Shown piece after piece: positions 11,418 to 23,819 of a DNA stretch of 64,000 nt. The notes beneath the pieces were generated by a model. The model saw only the letters and a list, made by a program, of their open reading frames with translations. It searched no databases and had not been told where the DNA came from. Origin of the DNA: Hyaloraphidium curvatum SAG 235-1 (Eukaryota > Fungi > Monoblepharomycota). The stretch is from positions 496,001-560,000 of the forward strand of contig JAIVFI010000019.1 of assembly GCA_025558095.1 (NCBI GenBank), in the 5' to 3' direction. Numbering within the stretch: the first letter of the stretch is position 1; the number at the start of each line of letters is the position of its first letter. A program made the translations under genes and the position numbers.

Positions 11418-12131
11418 TTAGAGACCGAAGCAGCGCCTGACACCCTCGATCCACTCCCGATCGGGCGCACGGCCGCACCATTCCTCTTTCCAGTAAGTCA
11501 AGGTCGAGAGAGCATCTTCGTCGCCCCCTTCCGCATCGGCAACGACCTTTTCCCAGTGACCGATGTGCTGCTTGACGGTGACGACCTCGAGATCGCCGTC
11601 GGAAGCGCGGCGGTAGAAGCGAGCCGAACGATCTGCGCCCTTTTCGATGAGGAGCTCAATGATCTCGACAGGCGCGATGAAGTCGAGGGCGACGAGGAGC
11701 GCAGTCATGACTTTGCGCTAGTCGTAGAACATGTCCGAGTAGGGCGCGTTGACGTTCTTGGTATCCAGTGCCGAAAGGACCTTGTCCCGATCCGCGTCGG
11801 AGATGGCACGGTACAGATCATCGCGGTCTTTGGCGGAGCTGTAGCCGCTGAACTCGAGAAGTTCGCGTTCGGCGTCGTCCTTCAAATGCTCGTTGGGCGC
11901 ACTGTCACCGGTAACTGAAGCGAATAACGCGTACCATTGGGTTCGAAGGGCTGCTTTCGGCCAGACAGCAAGAGGAAAATGCTCTTGAAGAGCACGGCTC
12001 TTCTTGGAGAGCAAATGAACTGTGGATGCCCTTCTGACTCGATTGCCGGGACCGGGACCATCGTCGCATTCGAATTTTCGAGCATCATCTCCTCGCGACG
12101 GGTCACTTTCCGTTTCATTACCGTCAGACAC
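11418..12131 (-). pseudogene. Ankyrin-repeat-like protein interrupted by an in-frame TAG
   Basis: ORFs 11718-12131 and 11418-11708 are in the same frame: ...NVNAPYSDMFYD*RKVMTALLVA...IIELLIEKGAD. The stop falls within one ankyrin-like repeat. Confidence 0.6.
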
Positions 12132-12153
12132 ATTGCTTTCCTTTCTTGTGTTC

Positions 12154-14188
12154 CTACTTCCTCCGCGCCCTCTTCAGCTTCTTGTGCGGGAAGCCCTTCA
12201 ACATATTCGGTTCCCCCAGGAACGGATCCAGTTGCTCGTGACGGCTCATGTCGTACTGGGCGTGGTCATTGCGCGTGCTGCGCTGCGGGCGACTCTCGGG
12301 ACGGGCAGCCGGCCCCTCGGCCTTGCGTTTCCGGCCGTGGGCGGCGCGGCCGGGGTCGACGACGGTTTCCACGTCGGAGACTTGCGGCACAGGCTGAGGC
12401 GATGCCGGACCGCTGATTTGGAGTCAGAACACCTCGGAAGCAAGCATTTCTCGACCGCACGTACCTGGCCAAATCCGCTTGGTCGTCGCCGATTCCGTGA
12501 CCGATGCCCAAGTCCAACGGAAGGAGATCCTCCTGGGGCCTATCCTCGGCCGCCATGAGAGGAGTTGTGGGATTCGCAGGAGCCAGGGCGCTGCGGTCGC
12601 TCGCAGCCGCATTCCAGCCGTCGTTGAAGGGACCCGTCGCAACCTGGTGTGCTCCACGGCTGCCCGCTCCGACCACGGTGTTCGTCTCGTCGATCGAGGT
12701 TTCGTTGAACGGCGCCTGCTCCTCCTCTGGCGCTTGCGCCTCCGCCAAAGGCTCCTCCGGCGTCGCCTCAGGGGTTGCTTCGCGAGATGCCAGCCGAGCC
12801 GTGAAGAAGTGCAACGGAGCATCGTCCTCGGACGCTGGAACCTCCAGCTCCGCGTTTTCTTCGATAGGTTGCCTCGCAGCTGCGACAGACGTAGTGGCTG
12901 GGTGAAGAGCCCTGGAGCTGGATCCGTGGCCGCCGGCGAACGGCGAGAGCATTTCGGATGTCGCCCACAAGTCCTCGATCGCGCTCGGCTGGCCGGCCAC
13001 GGAAGCTACCGCACCCTGCGAAGAACTGTCGACGATTCGGGAACGAATCGCATGGTTCTCCAGCATTCGGACTTCCGTTTCGGATTCCACGCGGCCCGCA
13101 AGATCGTCGACATCGACGCGGAGCTTGTCGATCTGCGCCGTCGCCGAAGTCGAAGCGGCCCTATTCTGCTCCGACTCGGCCACCAAGTGGTCAATGCGGA
13201 CCTGTAGGCCAGCCATCCGATCGTTTCCGGCCGCCCTTGCGGTTTCGAGCGCCTCCGTGCGTGCCTGCAGCGCACCGTGGTTGTGCGCGAGCGTGTCGTG
13301 CCTGTTCTCGAGCGTCTCCAGGTCGTTCATCAGTGTCTCGCACCGGAACTGCATGTCAGCGAACTGGTTCTGGGAGTCATTGAGCGCAGCTTGGAGGGAG
13401 CTGATTGTGGCAGCCTGTGCCTGAACGGTGCCGTTGAGGTCCTGCGTCTCGCCCTCCATCTTCCTCTGCGCTTCTTCAAGGGTGCCGATTCTGGCAGCCA
13501 TCGCTTCGGCGTTGCTCTTGACCGTGCGGATGGAGGCTTGGGAGGTCGCTTCGACACCAGCAAGCTTCCTTTCCGCATCAGCTAGCCTCTGGGTTGTCGA
13601 ATCCAATGCTTGCTGGAGTTTCTCGATGCTTCCCGCCATGGTCGTGATCGTGCTGCTGCATTCGCCAAGGTCTCGCCGGAGTGCTTCGACAGCCGCCTCG
13701 GCTGCCAGTACTCGGCGCTCGTGGCCTTGCTGCTTCGTGACCATGTTGGACTGGAAACGTGCGTTGACTTGCTTCATGGCGTTGGTTGCGGTGCTGACCG
13801 ACAGGTCTATCCTGTGCTGGATCGCCGCTTGGAAGTTCGCAGCCGCTGCAGCGCCTGCATTCTGCCCTCCTGCCATGTGGCCCGGCGCCGGCTGGCCCGC
13901 GGGGCGAGGCTGGCCCGGAACAACTACCGGGCGTGCAGGTCCGCCAAGGGCCGCCTGGAGGCCAGTGCTCCCCTGTTGCACGAACGACGGGCGCCCATAG
14001 CTTGGCGCAGCGCTGCTGGGTCCAGCGAACGGGCCATAGTCGACGGGCCGAACGTTCGGGCGCGGCAGCGGAACATGAGACCACGCGCCGGCGGCGCTGT
14101 TGCCCATGGCAGCTTGCACCATCCCCGCCGGCCGCGGGACTGATCCGCTGGGGCCGCTGCTGACGGCGTTGGACTCAACCGTGCCCAT
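12154..14188 (-). CDS. Hypothetical long coiled-coil protein with a basic NLS-like C-terminus
   Basis: Long heptad-rich ORF. An intron at about 12412-12463 joins it to a last exon ending KKLKRARRK*. Confidence 0.6.
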
Positions 14189-14788
14189 GGTAGCCGGGGC
14201 ACTGCCCCGAGCGTTGATGGCCCAGAGGAGCGAGGAGAAGTGTGTTTGCGGGGTCACGGGCACCGTTCCATGCGATGCAGAGGTCTGCGATACGGGCGAG
14301 TAGTCAGTCAGGCAGGATCTGGGGAGGAGGGACCGGCGTCGCGGGCCCGACCTGCGAAGCCAGCTCGGGCTCCGCGCCCATCGATGGCGGCGTGCCCGCC
14401 GGGCTTCCGCTAGCGTTCGACATGTGCGTATCGTCGCCGGTGTCCGGATGCTCAAAACGACGTGTAGACTGTGGAATGTGCCTGGGAAGTGCCCCCCTCT
14501 CAAGCTCTCAACTTAGACGGCTGGTGCGAGCGAGCTCATCACTAGACGGCGACCGGGTCTGCTGCATCTCGGACGAAAACGAGTAGATGGCTTTGCCTCT
14601 CAAATGAATCGTCCCTCTAACTTGAAGGGCACGTACCCGCGCGAGTCGCACAAGTTGGATACACCGGTTCGGACGATGCGCTGGCACGGACGATAAAGAC
14701 TGGCCATCATGACATAGCACATGGTGAGATTACGCTCAGTACATTCTGGCTCCGAGTGTCCGTGACTCGAGCACCTCTATGCTCCCAC

Positions 14789-16798
14789 TTAAGCCGAGGC
14801 GGTGCCCCACGCCGGCGCCTTGGAGTCGAGCCCCTGCATGAGCCTCTGGCGGATGAAGGCATCCTCCTCCTGGCGCTTCTTGTCCTTGCGGCGCATGGCC
14901 AGCAGGACGAAAAGGGTGCAGCAGGCGGCGAGGAGGGCGAGGGTGCCGATGACGATGGCGGCGATGACCAGGGCCTCGTTGGACGAGGTGGCGGCGGCCG
15001 GCTGGGCGACGGGGGCGACCGGGGCGGTGGTGGGCTGGGTCTGCACCGCGTTGGGGTTGGGGGGCACCGTCAGGGCGGCGTTGGCGTTCTGGTTGCTCGT
15101 CGTGGTCTGACGCAGGGCCGGGGCGGGCACCTGCACGTCACGGGCGAGGAGACGGCGGCGGCGCTGGCCGGCGGCGGACTGCTGGTCGAAGTAGATGCGG
15201 AAGGTGGCGTAGAAAGTGTAGTCCTGCAAGGGGAGGAAGGATGAGCGACCGATCGCGTGCAGCACGCATCCGTCCGCTACTCACGGTGATCGAGTCGAAG
15301 TCGTCGGTGGTCAGGAACGAGTCGTCGTTGAAGTCGACGCCGGCCTGCTTGGGCAGCATGTTGGGCGTGACCTTCATCTCCACGACGTTGGGGTCGGCGG
15401 TCGGGAGGTAGGTGAAGTTGGTGTTGACGGCCAGGGTCGAGAGGGCACCGACGGCGGCGGGGCCGGCGGCCGAGTCGACGAGGGTCGTGTTGACGTTGCG
15501 GGTCACGGTGGTGGCGGCGCCGATGTTGGGCGTGCGCTCGACCTTGTTGCGGCCGAGGATCATCTTGGTCAGGCGGGCCTCGTAGATCGGCAGGTCGGGC
15601 GAGGTGAAGGTGGCCGTGAGCAGGACGGTGTCGCCGAAGAAGTAGCCCTGGGGCTTGTCCGCAACCATCACGCCGGTGACCGCGGCCACGGTGTTCAGGA
15701 GGGCGTTGCAGAGGTCGAGCTCGAGGGCACCCGAGGCGTTGGGCGTGCCGATGAGGGCGTTGGCCGTGAGCACCTTGCCCGTGCAGGTGTTGGTGTTGGC
15801 GGCGCCGGGGAAGCAGTTCGTGTCGAAGTTGAAGGCGTAGGTGCCGCCGACGTTGCACACGTCGCCGATGGCGATCTTCAGCTGGCCGTTCTGGTAGCAG
15901 AAGTCCTGGGTGGTGAAGGCTGTGCTGGCCGAGCCGTCGGTCTTGACGCAGGTGGGCAGGGTGTACGAGACGATCTCGACGGATCCGGTGTAGCCGGGCA
16001 GCTGGATGTAGCCCGAGTCGGCGTCAAGAGTGAGGTTGTTGGGCCACCTGGAGGGAGGGGAAAATCAGATCGCGGCCCATCAGCGCCACCCGAGAGCGAC
16101 GCACCTCGAGAACATGGTAAAGTCGACGATCAGGAAGCGCTGCCCGTCGGTGATGTCGTACGACAGCCCCGTCAGGTTGAAGTTCTTGATGCCCGACTCC
16201 TCGAGGACCTTGATGTCGGTCTGCACGTTCACGGTCGTGGGCAGGGCGATCGAGACCGGGTAGGCGTAGCGCGAGGCCTGGCGGTTGCCGCCGGGGAAGA
16301 CGTCCTGCCACTCCAGGTAGACCGTGTTGTTGCGGACCTCGTAGCCGGGGCGGCTCGTGGTGTCGGGGTTGGACCAGGCGCAGCCGCGGAGCGTGCGCCA
16401 GGTGCCCGACAGGGTGAAGTCGTAGCGGCAGGTGCCGGTGCTGCCGACCGAGTCGGCGACGCAGACGGCGGTGCCGTGCATCTCCTTGCCGAGGTACATG
16501 GTCATCTTGCGGCCGGAGACGGGCTTGGTCCAGGCGGCGACCGTGATGTCCGCCCTGGTCATGTTGGTGCGGGCCGTGTCGACCTGTCAGGGGCGGCCAG
16601 GGTTAGCGACCGATCCAGGAGGCAAGCCGAGCAGCTGGTAGTCACCTGAGGCGCGTTCGTGCCGGGCTGGCCGGACGTGCAGCCGGTCAGGGCCGCAAGC
16701 TCAGAGCGTCCGGACCACGCGACGCCCTGGGCATCGGAGCGGCCAACGAGCGCCAGCACGGCGGCGCCGGCGGCGGCGAGGTACGAGGTGGCGCGCAT
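14789..16798 (-). CDS. Type I membrane/secreted protein with Cys-containing beta-rich ectodomain, furin-like RRRR site and TM helix
   Basis: Signal peptide MRATSYLAAAGAAVLALVGRSDA. Strongly C/G-ending codons across 4 exons, many NxT sequons, QRRRRLL, TM LVIAAIVIGTLALLAACCTLFVLLAM and a basic stop-transfer. Confidence 0.75.
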
Positions 16799-17496
16799 GC
16801 TGAGGGCGGGCACAGGTCGCGTCGTCGTCGGGGGTGATGGGGTGGCGTCCGGGGGCAGGGGGTTTGATATAGGGGACGTCCTCCAAACTGGTCCCTATAG
16901 GGACCGTCCTTGTCGGCCAGCGGCCCTCGGCCGCTCTGCCGCAAGGGACCGCACGACCGCGGCGACACCTCCAATCCATCCATCAATCCACCACAGCCAT
17001 AAGCCGACACTCTTCGCGGTTCAGAACCGCCCGTTTCCGCGGTTGGCGAGCGAGTGAAACGAGGGCGATGAGTCAAGCACACCACCCAGGGACCCGGTGA
17101 AGTCACCGATCACTCACAAAAGACCCTAGTGGCCGTTGGATCCCAGGTTCCTTTTCGGGACGTTGGGACCTCCTCGCGCAGGCGATGCGCGGCAGACGGA
17201 TCGCTCGAGGCGGCGACGCAATCCGCACATCGCCTGGGCTTGCGGACGGGCGGTGCCGGTTTCGCGGGCGGTGCCGGCGACGGACCCCTGATATTCAAGG
17301 GCCGGGAGTTTAGGCTCTTCGAGCGCCGTTGCCAGAGGCTCGGAGGCGCAATAAGAGTCGGTTTCCCCCCAGGAGTCCCGGACCACGGCTGGAACTGAAA
17401 GGACATATTTCTGGACATATTTCTCCGCCCTTGCTGTCTGTGGCACACACCCCGGGCGGCACGTGCTTTCCTGCCGTCTATAGCAGGCCTTCAAAT

Positions 17497-18517
17497 CTAA
17501 CTGACGAGGTTCTGAGGCTCCCCGGCCGCCCATTTCTGCGAGACCAGTCAGCCATCGTGCGGGAAGGAGCCTGCCAACGACGCCCACCTCGATGTTCTCT
17601 ATCAGCCTCTCGCCCAGCAGCGCCAGCGTCTCGACGGAACACCACCCCATGTGGGGCGTCACGATCGCGTTCAGCCCCTGCTCGAACAGCGGGCTCCCGT
17701 TCCTCGGCGGCTCCGTTTCGAGCACGTCCAGCCCCGCGCCGTAGATCCGGCCCTCCTTGAGCGCCCGCGCCAGCGCGGCCTCGTCCAGGATCCCGCCCCT
17801 CGCGACGTTGATCACGATCGACGTCGGCTTCATCGACCGCAGCTCCTCCTCGCCGACCATGCCCCGCGTATCGTCCGTCAGCGGGCACGCGAGCACCAGT
17901 ACGTCAGCCTGCCGCACGGCGTCGCCGAAAAGCACTCTCCCGTCCCTGCATTCAGCGACCCCTTTCCTCTCGGCGAGCAGGACCTCCATCCCGAAAGCCT
18001 TTGCCAGCCCGGCTATCCTCTTGCCCAGCCCGCCGTGCCCGACGATCGCCATCGTGCTCCCGTCAAGCGTCCTTGGCAAGGGCTCGGCGAGCATGCCGTA
18101 CCCGGGCTGCCGGCCCCATTCCCCGGCCACCACGCGCGAATGGTACGAGAAAAGCTGCCTCCTCAGCGACAGGATCATCGCGAAAGCGTGCTCCGCGACG
18201 CCGGCCGACGACCAGTTCCGGACGTTGCACACGGCGATGCCTGCCTCCCGGCACGCCGCGACGTCGACCGTGTCGTACCCCGTCGCGCAGACGGCGACCA
18301 GCTTCAGCGTCGGCACGCGCCGAACGGTGTCGGCGGTGATCGGCGCGCGGTTGACGATCGCGACGGTTGCGCTCTGCGCGTTGAGCCTGTCCGCGACCGC
18401 GTCGGCCGGAGTCGTCGGGTGCTCCGTCCAGCGATGCGGGAATCGCGGCGGGCGCAGCTCCGTACGGATCGCGGAGCGGTCGAGGAAGACGATTGAGAGC
18501 TCGGGCGGGGAGGACAT
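17497..18517 (-). CDS. D-2-hydroxyacid dehydrogenase (glycerate dehydrogenase/hydroxypyruvate reductase HprA-like)
   Basis: IVFLDR, ATGYDTVDV, VAEHAFAMIL, GHGGLG, INVARGG, LDVLETEPP and TPHMGW. A single 3' intron at 17536-17587 gives ENIE|KWAAGEPQNLVS*. Confidence 0.9.
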
Positions 18518-19125
18518 CTCGGGGAGGGAGAGGTAAACAGAACGACGCGGGAGACATCGTGCAGTCGCCGCTCGTCCGCGTACGCTGGAACAGCGCACCA
18601 GGAGACAGCGTGGTGCATGGCGCCCGAACGATAAACTGCGATTCCAACTTGCAACGGACGTTCGGCACTTTTTTCGAGATCAGTGCTGAAAGATGCCGTC
18701 CTCGGATTCCGCGGAGGAGAGCTCGCAGAGCTCGGCGTCCCGCTCGTACGCTGCGAGACACATACACGTCTACAGAGCTGGCAGGCCTCTCTGCGAGCAT
18801 GCGGAGGATGTTAGTTCGCTTGCCGTGACTTCTACGCGCTCCTGCTGCCGAGCATGTACAAGGAGTTTGACACCTCCAAGCTCTCCCTCTTCTTCAAGAA
18901 AGACAGTACTGTACATGCCGTGTTTTGCTCGGCCAGCCACTAGCAGGCTTCCACTCGGATTCGACTACGTTGAGAAGCTGGTTCTCAAAGGCGTTGGGAT
19001 CGCAGTCCCATGCAATTGACTGAGCGTCGGCCCCGGAGCATTCGCGAGGCGAATGCCCACGGATCCGAAACAGGACGGACTCGGGCCGCTCGTCGGACCT
19101 GGACCACGGGAGCGCGTCCATCGAT

Positions 19126-20355
19126 GTGGCCGCCCGCGAGGATCCTGACGCGTCAGAGGGCATCACCGCGCCGTCCAAATGCGGAACCGGCCCCGTTTTT
19201 CCGCTGGAGATTATCGGCATGATCGCGACCCACCTCGGCGGACAGGCGCTGAGGAACCTGGCGTACGTTTCCTTCGACCGCAGTACAGGAAGTTTGGCAG
19301 CTTCTGCCTCCGCCGCTTCTTCGAAGGGGGCAGATCCTACCTGCCCTGGCTCACCAGGCCGGCAAAGTGCCGGCTCCCCCTGGGGTTGCGGCACGTCGAA
19401 GAGCTCGAGTCCAGCTTCGGCATCGGCCACATCCCGAGCTGGGCCGAGTGCTACCTGCTCGAAACCTGCTCCAACGTGAAGTCGATCGAAATTCGCGGCA
19501 ACGATACCCACCTGATCGTCTGCCTGGCAAAACGGGGTTGGCGTTCCTGGCGCAGCCTGGAAAAGATCCGGGTCACGTACAGCGGCGACGTCTGCGCCAG
19601 CGTCCTCGACATGTGCTCGCCATCGGACGCCTTTCCACAGATCAAGCACCTCGAAATCAATATCGATATTTCGACGCTGGCGCCCCTCCACCGCCTGATG
19701 CCCAACCTGGAAACATTCGTCTTCCTTCACCGCCTTTGGCATCGACGGCTTCGCGGACTTTCCGGAGCGGCTGGTTGCCAAGTTCGTGGTCTTCCATGCC
19801 CGTCACTTCGAAGTGCGGGACATGGCCCGCGCGAACGCCGCGTTCCGCCCGCGCCGCGCCAGCATCGAGGCTTGGATCGAAGGCGGCGAGGAAGACCCCG
19901 AATCGTGGCTCCTCCGCTCCGGCTTCATCGAGGAGCTTTCCGCACATGCTCTGAGCTCCAGGGCGCTGCTCAGGGGCGTCTTGGGCAGCCTGAAGATCCT
20001 GCACGTCGAGGACCAGCTGGGGCTCGGCTGCAGGGACCCAGCCGAGGTGGAGGAGCTCGAGAGGGCCCTAGCGGGGATCGAGGACGTGGATGCGTCCCTG
20101 TACGTCGACAAGTGCTTCTCGCCCTCCGAGGCCCCCCTGCTGGCTCTGCGGGCGGTTGCCGCGGAGATGGACCTCTGGACCCGGTTTGCCGGGGTCCGCA
20201 ACCGGTATCCGTGCAACGACGACGAGATCGCGGGGGAGAAGAACATCGCCGTTGCGAGGAAGCTGCTCGCGGATGCCATCGAGAGCAGGGAGAAGCTGGC
20301 GGAAACGTCAAAAAAGCTCAAAGCGTTCCGTCCAGGTCCCTTTTCCGCTGTATGA
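19126..20355 (+). pseudogene. F-box/LRR-like protein, apparently frameshifted twice
   Basis: F-box-like PVFPLEIIGMIATHL in one frame, LRR-like LLETCSNVKSIEI/FPQIKHLEI/MPNLETF in a second frame, then back to the first frame after about 19730. No plausible introns at the switches. Confidence 0.5.
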
Positions 20356-20564
20356 TATCGGAATTGTGCGGTGCCGTAGGAAAACGAATCCATCGCATGC
20401 TGCAGGGCCGATGGCGGTTGGAGGGACAGCGTCCCTGATTTGGCTTCAGGGACTGGGCGCGGCGCACAAGAGTCGTCAGTACCGCCATTCGGGCTTCCTT
20501 CCGAGGAGCGAGGCCCGCCGTCTCCAACGGGCAGGGTTTCCGGCACCGTTTGCGAGTCAAACTC

Positions 20565-22822
20565 ATGGAGGGCAGGGTTGCACAGGTGGCAGGGTCTAGG
20601 CGCAGCAGGGAAGACGATGAGGACGCAGCTGATCCCCGGGAGCGCGTGAATGGCTCTGCGGCTCCAGCTCCACCTAACGAAGCGGAGATGTTCCGGAGGG
20701 CGTGCAAAGAGGGCGATATCGCCACCGTGGCGACGATGCTCGCGAACCCGGAGCTGGATCCCAATGCCAAGGACGGCGATTCTCGGGGCGAAACTGCGTT
20801 CATGCTCGCGTGCGAAAAGGGGCACGTCGGCATCGTTGAGCTCCTGCTCACGGACCCCAGGGTGGATCCTCGAGCGACGGACTTGTACGGGGTAACTGGC
20901 CTTCATGTAGCGTGCGGCGCGGGCCACGTCGCCATCGTCAGGGTCCTCCTTGCCGACGGCTTGCTCGATCCGAGGACTAGGGATGGGCGTGGTGGCTCGC
21001 CCCTGCATTCTGCGTGCCTGGACGGGAACACAGAGGTGGTAAGGGTCCTCCTTGAGGATCCGCGTGTCGACGTGGGGGCCAGGGATAGCCGTGGATGGAC
21101 GGCGCTACACAAAGCATGCTTTAGAGGGGACACAGAAATCGCTCGACTTCTGTTGAACGACGCGAGACTGGATGTAAATGCACTGAACGATGCAGGGTGC
21201 ACGGCCTTTCACCTTGCCTGCTTCACTAGCAAGGACACTGATGATCTCGTTCGCCTTTTGCTTGCCAATGGGAAGGTGGATGTAACAGTATCGGACAGAC
21301 TTGGCGAAACGGCGCTCTTCGTGCCGTGCAGGAAGGTCTACATGTCCACGGGCCAGATCGAGGAGCTCGTTCGGCTGCTGTTGCGCGATGGGCGTATCGA
21401 TCCCAATGCTAGGAACAAGGACGGACAGACCGTGCTCTATCGAGCCTGCGATTCTGGACGCTTGGACGTTGTTCGCGGACTGCTGGAAGACAACAGGGTA
21501 AACTTGAATGCCAGAGCCCGGACTGGTTCGACAGGATTCCACGTAGCATGCTGGTATGGGAAGCCTGACCTCGTCAGGCTCCTTCTCGCGGACTCGAGGC
21601 TCGACTTGTCTGTCAAAGACCGCCGTGGCCGCACTGGGCTTGATATCGCCACTGAATGGAGCACCGGCACCGTTGAACCCAGCATGAAGTCGCTTTATTC
21701 CGAGATCATAGCTGCGATTCACCAGCGGATTGCGAACGATAAACAACTTGAGCAACGGGCCGGCAAAGCAAGTGCCATTGTTCCGGCACGCGCAAAGGAT
21801 GCGTTCTGGATCGACGAGGGGGACGTCGTGTTCAGCGAGTCGGACTGCCTCGGGAGGGGCGGCTTCGCAGCCGTCTACCGCGCTCGATACCAATGGAACG
21901 ACGTGGCCGTCAAGGTGATGTTCCTGGATCGTTTCGGACCCGAGAAGACTAGGGAGCTGCTCGAGGGCGAGATCAAGGTGTGGCTTGGCCTGCCGTATCA
22001 CGAGAACGGTGAGAGGGCAGGCAGCGTTTCCATACTGGGGCTGACGCCGTCGAACACGCGCAACCAGTACTGCCGCTCAAGGGCTACAGGTTCGAGCCCA
22101 ACTACCTTGTCTCCAAACTCTGTTCCGGAGGCAACCTGAAAATTTTCCTTGCATCCAAAGGTTGGGACGCTCGGCTCCGGATCCGCCTCCTCGCGGACGC
22201 CGCGGCCGGGGTTGCTTTCCTCCATTCTCGCGGAGTCATACACTCGGACCTGAAGGCGGAGAACGTGGTGATCGACCTGCAGGGTGGGGCGGAACCCGTG
22301 GCCATGGTAGCGGACTTCGGCCTGGCGAAAGCCCGGCTGGCGCTGGAGGAAACGCTCGGCGCACTGGGAATGTCGCGGTACGGCGGCGCTGGCGGAGGCA
22401 CGCCGCATTACGCACCGCCCGAGTTCTTCGACCCCGAAGGACGCTTGGGCCGGCCGTCGGACGTGTGGTCCTTTGCCGTGATGTGTTTCCAGGTCTTCAA
22501 CTTCGGCAAGCCGCCCTTCGAAGAAATCCACCCCGAAAGGGTGGGCGTGCGCATCTGCACCGGGGGCCCACCCGCGCCACGCCCTTGGGGCGTGCCCGAT
22601 ACGCTGTGGAAGCTGATGGAGGGCTGCTGGAACAAGAATCAGGGGGAACGGCCGAAGATGGAGGACCTGGTGGCGGAGCTGGTCAGGCTGCGCGATTGCG
22701 GGGAGTCGGCCCCGGCGGACTCGGTTCCCCTCACCAGGAGCGTGATCGTGGATGATGATCGTGCTCGGGAAGAGACGGACCGCAGTGGGCCGCAGAAGAA
22801 AGTCAGGCTGGGGGCCGCGTGA
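20565..22822 (+). CDS. Ankyrin-repeat (about 9 repeats) TKL-group protein kinase
   Basis: Repeated TxLHxAC...LL.D.R.D.N units, then GRGGFA, VAVK, HEN|VLPLKG (intron about 22009-22066), IHSDLKAENV, DFG, GTPHYAPPE and SDVWSF. Confidence 0.9.
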
Positions 22823-23136
22823 GCGTGCGGTGGTTGTTGAAGCAGGTCGGTGACCTCAAGAGGGCAAGAGACGAGATTGTTCGCAGGCCGCAGTGCATAG
22901 CTGCAGGTGATGTAGACTTTCTGATTTCGTGCTTCGGCTTCGTTTGCTCTGCAAAGCTCAAATGTCGGGCGCACTGGCAAGTAAAGGGACCACGGCGTCC
23001 TTGGTGATCGGTGTAGGGACCAGCTTCCCTCACCCACAACCTCACCCGGCGCACGAGCGGAGCCTCGCCCGGCCTCGGCCACCGTCCGGCGCCTCTTCTG
23101 GCCCTCCACCACAACAAGGGCCGACCCCGCGCCGCG

Positions 23137-23571
23137 ATGCCCCGCCCACGCCTCCCCCGCCTCCCCCTGCTCCTCCTCCTCCTCTCGCTGCTCGCCCTCC
23201 TCCCCCCCGCCCACCCCTCCCCCCTCTCGCGACAACGCCCTTCCGCCGCCCTCTCTCGCCCCCCGGGGCCGCCGAAATCGGCGCCGGCGTGCATGTCCCT
23301 GTGCCGCAACGCGTGCTACGGGACCTGCGGGCTGAACGCGTTCCGGGCGCACTGCGCGGGGCTGGAGAGGGGGTGCAGGGGCGAGCTTTCGGGGTACGTC
23401 GGAACGTGAGTGGTGCGTTTTGTTGCGGGCGGGGGGTTGGGCTGACGGCGGTCGGTTGGCAGCGGGAAGGGGGAGAGGGGGCTCGGGGACAGGGGCATCG
23501 GCGCGTGCGAGGGGTACTGCCTGGACCAGGCCGGCCTGGGGTTCCCGGGGGTGTTTGAGGACCTGCTTTGA
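23137..23571 (+). CDS. Small secreted cysteine-rich protein (8 Cys)
   Basis: Leu-rich signal peptide, then CxxxCxxxCxxxC...C...C. An intron at 23406-23462 adds an exon with CEGYC and the stop at 23571. Confidence 0.65.
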
Positions 23572-23819
23572 GTGATGTGGAGGGAGGAGGGCGCTTTTGC
23601 ACGGTGGGGCGTTGCAGGAGGGAGGGCGAGGGGCGCAAGGGCTCATCCGGGGGGCGTTCTCGGGCGGTCGGACATTCCGAGCTCCATGTAGTGCATTCCA
23701 TGATACCCGTGAAACGGTTGCCGTCGGCGATCACTGCTTGCCTTCCGCGGGTTGATTGTGTGCTCGCGGGCGGTCCTTCGCGCGGCCGGTCCCTTCGCGG
23801 TCCAGCACCCGCAACCAAA

